Assembly (NCBI GenBank): GCA_965226555.1
Contig: CBDDDG010000014.1
Coordinates: 160,001-224,000, forward strand
Source of the DNA: Salinispira sp.
GTDB taxonomy: Bacteria; Spirochaetota; Spirochaetia; DSM-27196; Salinispiraceae
DNA length: 64,000 nt
Reading direction: 5' to 3'
Part shown: positions 54,588 to 64,000 of the stretch, in pieces
How the letters are laid out: every line of letters begins with the position of its first letter
How positions within the stretch are numbered: the stretch's first letter is position 1
Notes under the pieces: model-generated
Databases searched by the model: none
What the model saw: only the letters and a program-made list of their open reading frames with translations
What the model was told of the DNA's origin: nothing
Translations under genes and position numbers: made by a program

Positions 54588-55328
54588 TTATGTGCTGAGC
54601 ATTCTCATAGTATCTGCAGGGAATTCACCGAGTTGCCCCGGCGGATTCAGGGCGTTGATAAATCCAATGAGCCAGCCGGGCTTTATATCGCGCCAGTGTA
54701 ATGTCCGGGGATGGAGCAGCCCGTCCTGAATGAGCCGTTCCCGGCGGCAGCCTGCGAGGAGATAAGTATTTGGCGTGAGCAGGATATTGTCCGGGCTTCG
54801 CAGATACACATTCGTAAAGGTGCCATCGCTGAGAAAACCGTTTTTCGTTATGATGATCTCATCGCAGCGGGGAAAGCGCTTTCTCAGGTCATCAAAGACC
54901 CTCCGGTCGGCATATTTCAGCGGGTAGCATGCGGTGGGAATGTCGATTATGCCGATTGTTTTCAGTGTGCGGGGAGTAAATGGCTCGGCTGTTATGGATG
55001 ATATTTTCCCGTTCCCCTCGTAGATCATACGGCACCGCCATGTATGTTGCTCCGGCGGAATCGTCATGCCTGCCTGAGCGGCGGCCTGAGCCCGAGGCAT
55101 GGCAGTATCCACGGATGCTATCAGCAGCTGAGCAAAGTCCTGAATTGTACGCGGCGATTTTTCTGCGCGGCGATTGGAAGGCGGGGTTGCGCTGCGATGA
55201 TGGCGGTTAGCACCGCGATCTGGCGATTCTGCGCGATTCACGGTTGAGAGATAGCGCGCATAGTGTTCCTCCAACAAGGGAATGTGCTCATTTCCCTGAA
55301 CAAGAATGGTTTCAATAAACTTTTGCAT
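54588..55328 (-). CDS. pabC: Aminotransferase class IV (aminodeoxychorismate lyase-like)
   Basis: FIETI, H..R, KYADR, D..FTNV, LLAGCRR, INAL; start placed at MQKFIET. Confidence 0.7.
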   Translation of the reverse strand: MQKFIETILVQGNEHIPLLEEHYARYLSTVNRAESPDRGANRHHRSATPPSNRRAEKSPRTIQDFAQLLIASVDTAMPRAQAAAQAGMTIPPEQHTWRCRMIYEGNGKISSITAEPFTPRTLKTIGIIDIPTACYPLKYADRRVFDDLRKRFPRCDEIIITKNGFLSDGTFTNVYLRSPDNILLTPNTYLLAGCRRERLIQDGLLHPRTLHWRDIKPGWLIGFINALNPPGQLGEFPADTMRMLST

Positions 55329-55570
55329 TGATAAGGTTTTTCCGGTAACATCCTTCCCGGGCGAATCCGGTATCATAGGGTTGTCCTTTCGGGTGTTAGT
55401 ATAAGCCATTTTAGCTTAACATTATGCGTCAAACGGTTTCTGCAATATTCATGAAAACTTTTTCTTTCTGATGTGTTTGTATTGATTTTTATAACCGCAT
55501 ATATGTATATTTAAGCAAGTTATCATAACTCATCCCTTTTCCAATTTTAGAAAAAAAAGGAGAAGTAGTT

Positions 55571-55633
55571 ATGAATGACGTTACTTTAACGTTATTGCTA
55601 CTAATTATACTAGTAGTGGTAATGAAAATATGA
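55571..55633 (+). CDS. 20-aa hydrophobic peptide MNDVTLTLLLLIILVVVMKI
   Basis: AAGGAG RBS 8 nt upstream of the ATG; too short for the ORF track. Confidence 0.5.
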   Translation: MNDVTLTLLLLIILVVVMKI

Positions 55634-55882
55634 ATCTATGCCTTGAGCATGATAATTGATTGAAAGCATGCTCCAATGCATGCAGAAACTTAGAAAACTT
55701 TTGCTCCATGCAAAGGTAACACCACAGATAATATAAAGATAATTTTTTCCAATACTACAAATGAAATGAAGAGAAGGTTTTGCATTTTACAAACCTTTCT
55801 ACAAAATGAGAGAATGCAAAGCAATGAGCATTCGTGAATATTGATTTAATAAGTTTTGCCTATTGTTGGCAAACAAGATGAC

Positions 55883-55915
55883 AAATCCGCCTTCCTTCAA
55901 GATGGCGGATTTTTT
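55883..55915 (+). terminator. Intrinsic-terminator-like hairpin
   Basis: AAATCCGCC..GGCGGATTTTTT. Confidence 0.6.
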
Positions 55916-56080
55916 AATCCTCAGCCTTTAGTCCGTGGAGTGATTCATGCCCTACAAAGTGTGGAGTACTGGTATTGCTCCCAGTACATAAAAATGCCCT
56001 CGGAATGTCTCAGGAGGTTTTCACTTCGGTTTGTTTTCCGTTCAGTCCTCTATTTCTGATTGTACTGTGCCATATTCGTT

Positions 56081-56299
56081 TTAACATTCTACAGAAACAC
56101 CTTCTGTAACAATCTGGGTGTAATGCATTTGTAACCGATACTTTCGCCCATCCTCCTTCTCATGCCATACTACTGATACCATGTCGCCACTTATATTTTC
56201 TATCTTACATGGCCTAAATCCGATTGTTGGAATACATAAATTTATACAATCACCCAGTTCTTCTTTTGCCTTAAGATACACAATAAACGCTTTTTTCAT
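56081..56299 (-). CDS. Small hypothetical protein
   Basis: AGGAG RBS, 72 aa, upstream TTGACA. Confidence 0.55.
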   Translation of the reverse strand: MKKAFIVYLKAKEELGDCINLCIPTIGFRPCKIENISGDMVSVVWHEKEDGRKYRLQMHYTQIVTEGVSVEC

Positions 56300-56458
56300 A
56301 ATTTTCTCCTATAAAAGGTCAATTATTATACATAAAGGGAAGCTCTGGAAACACGGGTATTTCACACTGCATAGCGGAAATAGCGTTTTTTTAAGCTCCA
56401 CTGTGCTATAGTATCGTCAAAAAATTCGTTTGTGTCAAGCACTTTTTCTCTTTTGTGT

Positions 56459-57709
56459 GGGATATAAACCTTTGAGCTGACCCCTCCTCCCCAGTGTAAA
56501 ACGAAGGTTATTCGTATACACTGGGGGTTGTATAAAACATAAAAGGAGGGAAACAGTGAACAGCAGTATCACATATTCTCAGTATCATCTCAAGTCTCGG
56601 AAGTATCAGGCGGCTTCGATGTATGATTGGCGGTTGCGGATGGTTCGGTATGCCCAAGAGCATTCGATCAAGGCGGCGGTTAGAGAGTTCGAGGTGTCGC
56701 GCAACACGGTGCGGAGGTGGGTTCGGCGCTTTGAAATCCGGCGAGGGTCTTGAAGACAAGAAGCGGGGCACGACCAATCATCCGATGAAGATGAAATTCG
56801 GGCACCGGTGTCATCTGGAGAGTCTTGTCCAGACCAAGGTGCAGAATCACAACAAAATCATTGGAACTCAGGTGCAAAAGCAGTTGCAGACGGAAGTTGG
56901 CGGGAAGTACAGCCTGCCGACGATTATCAAGACGCTAAAGCAGATAGGGGCGCGGAAAACAAAGAAGCCGAAGGCGCTACCCAAGAGAGATTTGCGGGAG
57001 GTAACCGACAGGATGAAGTTTGGCGAGTGCATTCAGATTGATATCAAGTATCTGACGGACATTCCCGCTATGCGGTTTTCTCAGAAGTGTTTAGACGTTC
57101 CGAAGTACCAGATAACTGCCCGGGATCGGGCGACAGGGGCTCTGTGGTACGCCTTTGCCAATGAGAAGAGCAGTATGGTAACAACCTTGTTCGCCGAGTA
57201 CCTGCTGGAGCACCTGCGGAATCATGACGGAGACCTTGCCAAGGACATAACGGTTCAGACCGATAACGGGGCAGAGTTCACCGTTCGACATCTGAGCAAA
57301 ACCCGAACATCGGGGTTTGAGCAGGCGCTCATACAGGCGGGTGTCGAGTATCGGCGTATTCCGCCCGGGCATTGCACATGGAACAGTTCTGTCGAGTCCT
57401 CGCACCGGCTCATTGAGGATGAGTTCTACAGTCAGGTGATGAATCCAAAGCTCAATGAGTTTCTTAAGGAAGCCGAGGAGTATCAGATAGATTTCAATTA
57501 CCGGCGGTTCAACACCTACCGCAAAGGGACTCCGCTGGATCTTTTGAGGCAGCGGAATACCGATGTGGATAGTGATATTCTCCGGCTCAAGCCGATCATA
57601 ATGGAGCAACGGCTCACACGACCGACGCTTGAGCGATGGAGGGCTTGGCACTCGGAAGAAATGATCGCATAATAGGTCAAAGTGGGGTCTGTTCAAACCT
57701 TAATATCCC
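56459..57709 (+). mobile_element. IS481-like element; transposase 56556-57672 frameshifted near 56735
   Basis: HTH (SRNTVRRWVRRF), QIDIK, QTDNGAEF, VESSHR; imperfect IRs GGATAT..TTTGA.C.GACCCC. Confidence 0.8.
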
Positions 57710-57871
57710 AAGATAATAAATTTACTATCCTTCTTTTTGTTTTCATTCTTTCTGTATAAATGATAGTGGCGGGTTCTGTCAAACGGTCAATGTGGCGCGC
57801 TTATGGTTTATTTTCCACTGTGGCGTCAAAAAGGACTTGAAATTATTCAATTATAGTATGATATTATAAGC

Positions 57872-58432
57872 ATGGAAACTCTTAGCATTATCCAGCTCAT
57901 GTTCGCATTTGGAGTTTTTACACTGCTGAACATAGTAATTGCTCTTATTATACGGCCGTCTCAAAAGCAGTTTGATGAAACCCGGGCGGAAAACAGGGAA
58001 TCCATACAGGAATTGAAAACAGAAAACCGAGAATTCAGGGAAACAATACAGGAATCTCTGAAGCTGTCTCAAAAGCAGTTTGATGAAACCCGGGCGGAAA
58101 ACAGGGAATCCATACAGGAATTGAAAACAGAAAACCGAGAATTCAGGGAAACAATACAGGAATCTCTGAAGCTGTCTCAAAAGCAGTTTGACGATTTCAA
58201 AACAGAAACCAGAGAATCCATACAGGAATTTAAAACAGACACCAGAGAATCCATACAGGAATTTAAAACAGAAACCAAAGAATCCATACAGGAATCTCAA
58301 AAGCAGTTTGATGATTTCAAAACAGAAACCAGAGAATCCATACAGGAAATAAAAGGGGAAATGCGCGATCTAAAGGCCGACAACCGAGACATTAAACGTG
58401 GTCTGGATCATCTTATAGAAACTTTTGCATAG
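57872..58432 (+). CDS. Coiled-coil repeat membrane protein (Bdr/DUF1640-like)
   Basis: N-terminal TM segment, 11-aa KTETRESIQEF repeats, exact 108-bp duplication. Confidence 0.65.
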   Translation: METLSIIQLMFAFGVFTLLNIVIALIIRPSQKQFDETRAENRESIQELKTENREFRETIQESLKLSQKQFDETRAENRESIQELKTENREFRETIQESLKLSQKQFDDFKTETRESIQEFKTDTRESIQEFKTETKESIQESQKQFDDFKTETRESIQEIKGEMRDLKADNRDIKRGLDHLIETFA

Positions 58433-58732
58433 GAAAATTGCGCTTGCGCAATTTCCAGTAGCAAAAGTTTCCAATGAGGATTCTCTCATTCATATTCTTG
58501 ATTCTCCCAAGGTATGGAGAGTTTTGCCTCCGGCAAAACTTTGTCATGTTTTCATTAATTGCCCGTACTGACCATGAGCTTCAACTTTCGGGAGAAATTC
58601 ACCATCCGCCGAAGAAAAAATCAGAAAGGGTATCCGGGTAAATAAAACAACAATTATAGAAACTTTTGCATTGGAAAATTGTGCTTGCACAATTTCCAGT
58701 AGCCAAAATTTCTCCCTGAATGAGACGAAACA

Positions 58733-60019
58733 TTAACCGCCGCCCCGTATGTGTGGGAATACTGGCAGGGAAATTTTGTTCTTGAGTTCTTCATACTCCT
58801 CTTTCTCATTGCTGTACACTGTTATGCCGCCGCCGCTTCGGAAAAAATAACGCAGGGGCTGCCGCGCCCCGAGCTGTTGCCGCGCATCTGCTTGTGCTAC
58901 CCCGGGCTGCCGCGCATCTGCTTGTGCTGCCCCGAGCTGTTGCCGCGCATCTGCTTGTGCTGCCCCGGGCTGTTGCCGCGCATCTGCTTGCACTGCCTCG
59001 GGCTGCAGCCCCCCAAGCTGCTGCCGCGCCTCAATAAAACGGATAAGGACAGTCGATTCCAGTTCTTTTCCATCAAATATACCGGCAACACCGCAGTAGT
59101 AGTTTCGGGGAGCAAGCAGGGAATCGGTGGTTATTTTTGCTTCGGCATCTCTGATAATACGGCAGGTTTCACGTTTCGGCGCGCCGCTTACTGAGCCGGC
59201 AGGGAGAAGTTCCGCAAATATATCACCGATATGATCTTTCCAGTTAGGGGGAAGGTCGGCACGTATGCGGCTCGATACCTGCAGAAGTTTTTTTCCGTAC
59301 AATTGAATAAGGCTCACTGCGCGGAATTCTTCAACCGCTATGTTGCTGCCGACCCTGCCGAGATCATTACGAAGAAGATCGACAACGGTAATGTGTTCGG
59401 CATGCTCTTTTTCATTATTCAGAAGCGCACGTTTTGCATCATCTACAGTACCGCCCCCGGTAAACACGGCGCTCCCCTTTATCGGGAAGGTATAGATTTT
59501 ATTTCGGAAAGTACGCACAAATGTCTCAGGGCTGAAAACCAGTATCTCCGTGGGCAGCCGAATGTCTTTTGGAGCTTCGGAAGATTTTGTGAGCAGATGG
59601 GGCTTCATCCACAGCACATATGGGGCATTGAGAAAGGGCAGATACTGCCGCAACGGCGATGCCCGATCAGCCGAGCCCGCGCCATCCGTTGCGCCCGCAT
59701 CCAGATAATTGAGGGAGAGCTCGGTGGGGCAGGTCAAATTTGCAAGAACAGAGTTTCCCCTTCGTTGCTCATCCTGCACATGGGCAAATCCCTTCGAATA
59801 ATTCAGGCTTGATACAAATGAAGGATTTAGGGTAATGTTTCTGTTCAGACTGTGTGAACAGAAATTGCCATGATCCCTGAAGCGGAAACAGATTGAATTG
59901 CTGTCAATTTCACTCAGGGGCTGCACGACAGGATGCTGCATTTCAAAATCGATGACAAAGAAAAAGGATTTTCTCTGTCTGCCGAGATGGTTCATTTCTG
60001 CGATCCATGTATCATTCAT
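58733..60019 (-). CDS. pabB: Aminodeoxychorismate synthase component I (start uncertain)
   Basis: SPETF, PIKG, KE.AEH..VDLLRNDL, PAGSVSGAPK, SGGGIT. Confidence 0.88.
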   Translation of the reverse strand: MNDTWIAEMNHLGRQRKSFFFVIDFEMQHPVVQPLSEIDSNSICFRFRDHGNFCSHSLNRNITLNPSFVSSLNYSKGFAHVQDEQRRGNSVLANLTCPTELSLNYLDAGATDGAGSADRASPLRQYLPFLNAPYVLWMKPHLLTKSSEAPKDIRLPTEILVFSPETFVRTFRNKIYTFPIKGSAVFTGGGTVDDAKRALLNNEKEHAEHITVVDLLRNDLGRVGSNIAVEEFRAVSLIQLYGKKLLQVSSRIRADLPPNWKDHIGDIFAELLPAGSVSGAPKRETCRIIRDAEAKITTDSLLAPRNYYCGVAGIFDGKELESTVLIRFIEARQQLGGLQPEAVQADARQQPGAAQADARQQLGAAQADARQPGVAQADARQQLGARQPLRYFFRSGGGITVYSNEKEEYEELKNKISLPVFPHIRGGG

Positions 60020-60100
60020 AGCATCAGATATGTCCGGGATCATGAAGTCTGAAAAATAACACAAACTTTTCCCTTGCTGCAAGGGGTTCGCGGAGCATAT

Positions 60101-61195
60101 GTGCTGACACGCTATACGACTTCAAAGAATGGACGGCCGGTGAAACAGGCGGAAATATATACTCAAAAAGAGCACGGCATAGGCTCGTCTCAGCTCGATG
60201 CCGATGCGGTCAAGGTCATTCTCCGCCTGCAGAATGCCGGCTACGAAGCCTATATTGTCGGCGGAGCTGTACGGGATATGCTGCTGCAGAAAATTCCGAA
60301 AGATTTTGATATTGCCACGAACGCCAGACCTTCCCGCATACGAAAGATCTTTCGAAATTCACGCATCATCGGTAAGCGTTTCCGGCTCGCCCATATTTTG
60401 TTCCATGGCGGTAAAATTATTGAGGTAAGTACCTTCCGCAGCGATCAAAACAATGCTTTCGGGAGTATTGAGGATGATGTTCACCGGCGCGATTTTTCCG
60501 TAAACGCGCTCTATTACGATCCTGTCCGCCGCCAGCTTCTGGACTTTGTTCATGGCCTGAAAGATTTACGGAAGGGACGCCTCCGCGCAGTTATTCCGCT
60601 GAATACAATTTTTGTTGAAGATTCAGTAAGAATTATTCGGGCTGTTAAGTACATGGTAAAGGCCAATTTGAAGGCCGATTTTCTGCTCAGCCAGCGTATT
60701 AAGCGCCAGAGCTGCCTATTGGAACAGGCCTCCAGTTCCCGAATTACTGAGGAAATATACAAAATTCTTGAAAGCGGCTATGCAATGTCGACTTTTGCCC
60801 TATTGTTCAGCTTCACAAGCATGAACTACATTCTCCCCGGGCTTTATAAGCCGCTCAAGCGAAATGAAAAGGGGGAAGGTCAGTTTCTGGATGATCTTGC
60901 CCGTCTGGACTCAATTTCGGAAAAAATCTCCGACCGCTCCGACCTCCTCTACTATCTCATCCGAAATTTTTTCATGAACCTTGCGCCATGGTCTCAAAAT
61001 GATCGGCTCCATTTTCCCGATGTCGTTTTTGACCTCAAGAAAACATTACAACCAATGGTTCCGGCAAATAAAGATATTGAAACTGCGGTAGCGGTACTCC
61101 TTCAGGAGCGGGGGCAGGGACCTGTCCATCGGAGGAGCCGTAGTAGCCACAGAAGGAGAAAACGGCGCAAAAAACATGCGCCGCAGTCTCGCTGA
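60101..61195 (+). CDS. pcnB: Poly(A) polymerase
   Basis: VGGAVRD, KDFDIAT, IIGKRFRLAH, RRDF; basic tail; GTG start after GGAG. Confidence 0.9.
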   Translation: MLTRYTTSKNGRPVKQAEIYTQKEHGIGSSQLDADAVKVILRLQNAGYEAYIVGGAVRDMLLQKIPKDFDIATNARPSRIRKIFRNSRIIGKRFRLAHILFHGGKIIEVSTFRSDQNNAFGSIEDDVHRRDFSVNALYYDPVRRQLLDFVHGLKDLRKGRLRAVIPLNTIFVEDSVRIIRAVKYMVKANLKADFLLSQRIKRQSCLLEQASSSRITEEIYKILESGYAMSTFALLFSFTSMNYILPGLYKPLKRNEKGEGQFLDDLARLDSISEKISDRSDLLYYLIRNFFMNLAPWSQNDRLHFPDVVFDLKKTLQPMVPANKDIETAVAVLLQERGQGPVHRRSRSSHRRRKRRKKHAPQSR

Positions 61196-61227
61196 ATGTA
61201 ATCAATCATGCTGAACGTAATCAGATA

Positions 61228-62427
61228 TCAAATATCCGCTATCTGATTACGAACAGCCTCAATTTTTTCCATAAAATTCCCGGCATCAAGCTGAAGAGAT
61301 ACATCGAAGTGTTCATTGGCCTGATCATAGTTTTCACTGGCAAAGGCGTTCAGACCGAGGGCATAGTACACAAGCGCATCGTTCTGACCCTTCTGAATGG
61401 CCGTGGTATAATTCTCATCGGCCAATTCATAATTGCCCAGATCATAATTGATGAGGCCAAAATAATAATAGGGAATGTAGCTTTCATCGTTACGCTCAAT
61501 GGCCTGGAGCAGAAAATTGGCGGCCTCATCCAACTGCCCGCTTTCATAGCGTTCTATGCCGGCTTCAATGAGTTCCGCATAGGTTCTGAGGGAACCAAGA
61601 TAGGCATACATATCGCTGAGAAATTCTTCGGTATTAATCCATTGGAAGGTTTTTTTGTATGCTCTCCATGAGTTTGTCTGGAGATCAGCTTCGGTATCCA
61701 AGCTGTTGAGCGCCTCCCAGATCATCCGGTTGTGATCTCTGTTGTCGGTGTTCAGGAGATAATGCACAATTCCCCAACTCTGCGGATAAAAGGTATTGAT
61801 ATTTTCCCGGGCATATTCAACATCGCTGGAAAGGAAGTCGGGTATGTTGAGGGGATTCATGCGCAGATCGCTGGGGAACAGGGTTCTGAAGGTTTCAAGC
61901 CATGTCAGGTTTTCATGAAAGGTGAGTTCACCGTTTTGAAACTGTAATTTTTCGAAATATGCCGCGAAGCCTTCACGCAGCCACAGTGGAGGGTTTTGTA
62001 TGAAGGCGCGGAAGAACTGCACAAAGACTTGCTGGGTAAAATTCTGATCAATGTTATTGCTGCGTATCATTGATCCCACTATTTCCGAGCGCTGCGCAGA
62101 ACTGCTGTGAAGATACACAGCATCATCCCGATGTTCATCAATAATTTCGGCAAGATATTCGTTAAAACCTCTGTCATTATCGAATATTCGAACTCTCAGG
62201 GGCTGTTCAAGCGCATGAGGAGAAAAACGGAAGAAATTAGCGAAGAATTCCATGTATGTATCGAGTATTGTGCCTATCTCCTGAGCATTTTTCAGGCTGA
62301 TGTATGATCGGACACGGTAATAATTACTCTCATAGTCGAAAAAATCCGGCTGTTCTGCACCATGAGCACATACCATTGTACCGATAATTAAAAAAACAAC
62401 AACAAAAAACAGTAGTAATGATCGCAT
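61228..62427 (-). CDS. Exported TPR-containing protein
   Basis: Signal peptide, PLWLREGFA.YFE, C-terminal TPR repeats. Confidence 0.75.
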   Translation of the reverse strand: MRSLLLFFVVVFLIIGTMVCAHGAEQPDFFDYESNYYRVRSYISLKNAQEIGTILDTYMEFFANFFRFSPHALEQPLRVRIFDNDRGFNEYLAEIIDEHRDDAVYLHSSSAQRSEIVGSMIRSNNIDQNFTQQVFVQFFRAFIQNPPLWLREGFAAYFEKLQFQNGELTFHENLTWLETFRTLFPSDLRMNPLNIPDFLSSDVEYARENINTFYPQSWGIVHYLLNTDNRDHNRMIWEALNSLDTEADLQTNSWRAYKKTFQWINTEEFLSDMYAYLGSLRTYAELIEAGIERYESGQLDEAANFLLQAIERNDESYIPYYYFGLINYDLGNYELADENYTTAIQKGQNDALVYYALGLNAFASENYDQANEHFDVSLQLDAGNFMEKIEAVRNQIADI

Positions 62428-62606
62428 AATTACGTTCTCCTAAGTACTATTATCGGCAGATTTTGCATTAATAAAGTTTTTCCTTTAGGAAAAACTTTCC
62501 ATACCTTGAAAGAACCCTCATTGGAAAATTGTGCAGAGCACAATTTTCAGTAGCAAAAGTTTCCAAGACAAAAATTATAGCATACGCGGATAAAGGTCAA
62601 GGTTCT

Positions 62607-63998
62607 TTAATAATGCTCCCGTATGTAATTGAAAGCCTTCTCAAAGAGTTTCTCGTCTTTATGGAGCCGGCACTTGTGAAGCGCTTGCCGGAGCACCTTC
62701 TGAATTTCCCTTTGTCCGACATGCGTGTTCTGCCAGCCATCGAAGCGGGTGACCTGAACTATATTGTCTATATTTTCAACCACAGTGGCGATGATCTGCG
62801 GGGTGGTGTCGGTTCTGAACTCAAGGAATATTTCGGTCAGGGCATGTTTGTCATCTGAAACAACTTCTTTGTGGGTCTCGTTCTCAAGGCGAACAATAGT
62901 GCGGGCAGCGTCAAGAAGTCTCTTTAGCCAATCGATACCGCTCAATACGCCCGCTTCATATTCATTCTTAAGACGTTCAAGGCGCCTCCCCAACTCTTCA
63001 AAGCGCGGATCATTCACTGAACGAATTTTTGCCATAATGGACAAATTCAGTTTTTTTGCCCTTCTTTTTTGCTCATTCTCGGTCAGTTCAAGTGAGGCCT
63101 GCGCATCTATAATGAGCCCATCAATATCATTTCGAATTCGATCAATTTCAGTGTTCTCATTGATCAGTTTGATGGTTTCCGGCCCAAGCGATGCCCAAAG
63201 CAGGGCGCCCAATCCGCCGACAGGCCGTACTGACTCATAGACCTGCGCCAGCCAACGATAGTCCTTTCGGAAGGGAGCCAAATAGGAATCGGGAGAAATG
63301 GCTTCCCAAAAGTGTTTCGCGACATTGAACTGCGCCGCAAAGGCATCCTTTTTTTCATTGCCGACCAAACAATCCTGCGCCGCAATGAGCCCTTCATAGC
63401 CTTCAATGCTCCGATCCACTCCCGGGAAATACTCCAGACACTTTTCAATGGCTTCGGGGAACAGCGTTTTAAATGTCTCAATACTCTCCACCACACCTTC
63501 AATTTCTTTCGGATCGTAGTTCAGCGCCTGAGCGATATTTTCAAACACTCCAAGGTAATCGATAATGAGGCCCCGGTTCTTGCTCGCATTGTATGGACGA
63601 TTTGTTCGGCATATTGCCTGAAGCAGAACATGATCGCGAAGGGGTTTGTCCAAATACATGCAGGAGCAGATCGGCGCGTCAAAACCGGTAAGGAGTTTTG
63701 CCGTAACAACAAGTATCTTCAAAGGATCGGAGGCATCGCGATAAGAATTGAGGACGCGCTCCTGAACTTCAGGGCTGGCGTCAATTCTCTGCCAGCGTTT
63801 GAAATCTTCTTTTTCGACAGGGAGTCCGAGGTCCTGCCATGTACGCCAGTCGGGCGCCATTTTTTTCGGTTTGCCGTTTTCATCGGTTTCTTTCTCAATG
63901 GCGCCCCCCGATATGCTCATGACCGCTTCAACAGCATGTTTGCCAAGGCGCTCGCGGAGAAGATAATACATCTGTACCACCGCATCTCGGTCATACAC
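62607..63998 (-). CDS. hsdR: Type I restriction endonuclease subunit R (partial, runs off the window)
   Basis: LLTGFDAP, MYLDKPL, LLQAICRTNR, GLIIDY. Confidence 0.92.
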   Translation of the reverse strand: MYDRDAVVQMYYLLRERLGKHAVEAVMSISGGAIEKETDENGKPKKMAPDWRTWQDLGLPVEKEDFKRWQRIDASPEVQERVLNSYRDASDPLKILVVTAKLLTGFDAPICSCMYLDKPLRDHVLLQAICRTNRPYNASKNRGLIIDYLGVFENIAQALNYDPKEIEGVVESIETFKTLFPEAIEKCLEYFPGVDRSIEGYEGLIAAQDCLVGNEKKDAFAAQFNVAKHFWEAISPDSYLAPFRKDYRWLAQVYESVRPVGGLGALLWASLGPETIKLINENTEIDRIRNDIDGLIIDAQASLELTENEQKRRAKKLNLSIMAKIRSVNDPRFEELGRRLERLKNEYEAGVLSGIDWLKRLLDAARTIVRLENETHKEVVSDDKHALTEIFLEFRTDTTPQIIATVVENIDNIVQVTRFDGWQNTHVGQREIQKVLRQALHKCRLHKDEKLFEKAFNYIREHY

Positions 63999-64000
63999 GA

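Overview
Chromosomal window from a spirochaete (FlaA sheath protein, spirochaete-type PcnB and lipoproteins); the FN3-rich surface proteins suggest a host-associated lifestyle (inference). Housekeeping blocks: flaA, tRNA-Val, ilvBN, crtI/crtE, pdxST, leuA, amino-acid transport, ackA, HrpA-like helicase, nagAB, hisS, pabB/pabC, pcnB and a partial hsdR. These alternate with very mosaic accessory DNA: FN3+DUF285 surface lipoproteins, two tandem Cys-rich lipoproteins beside a dsbA, six Rpn/PD-(D/E)XK genes plus a 3' remnant, a type II R-M pair, three IS982 copies, IS30 and IS481 remnants, a MITE, and a dispersed family of modular palindromes. Main observations: (1) a conserved two-part site (arm F - core ATTCATATTT - arm G) occurs once empty and three times split around defence-type cargo (two Rpn genes and the R-M pair), suggesting a cassette-exchange system; (2) every Rpn gene has an internal RBS+ATG for a C-terminal RpnS-like antitoxin, which usually survives when the nuclease part is broken; (3) the two Cys-rich lipoproteins differ at 22 of their last 69 codons, all non-synonymous; (4) AAA(G/C)TTT-bounded palindromic modules insert into genes and flank an island; (5) homopolymer tracts lie in or just after surface-protein signal peptides; (6) an unannotated 20-aa hydrophobic peptide has a sequestered RBS. 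All calls are by eye from the sequence and ORF track; no searches were run, and some mosaicism could be assembly error.
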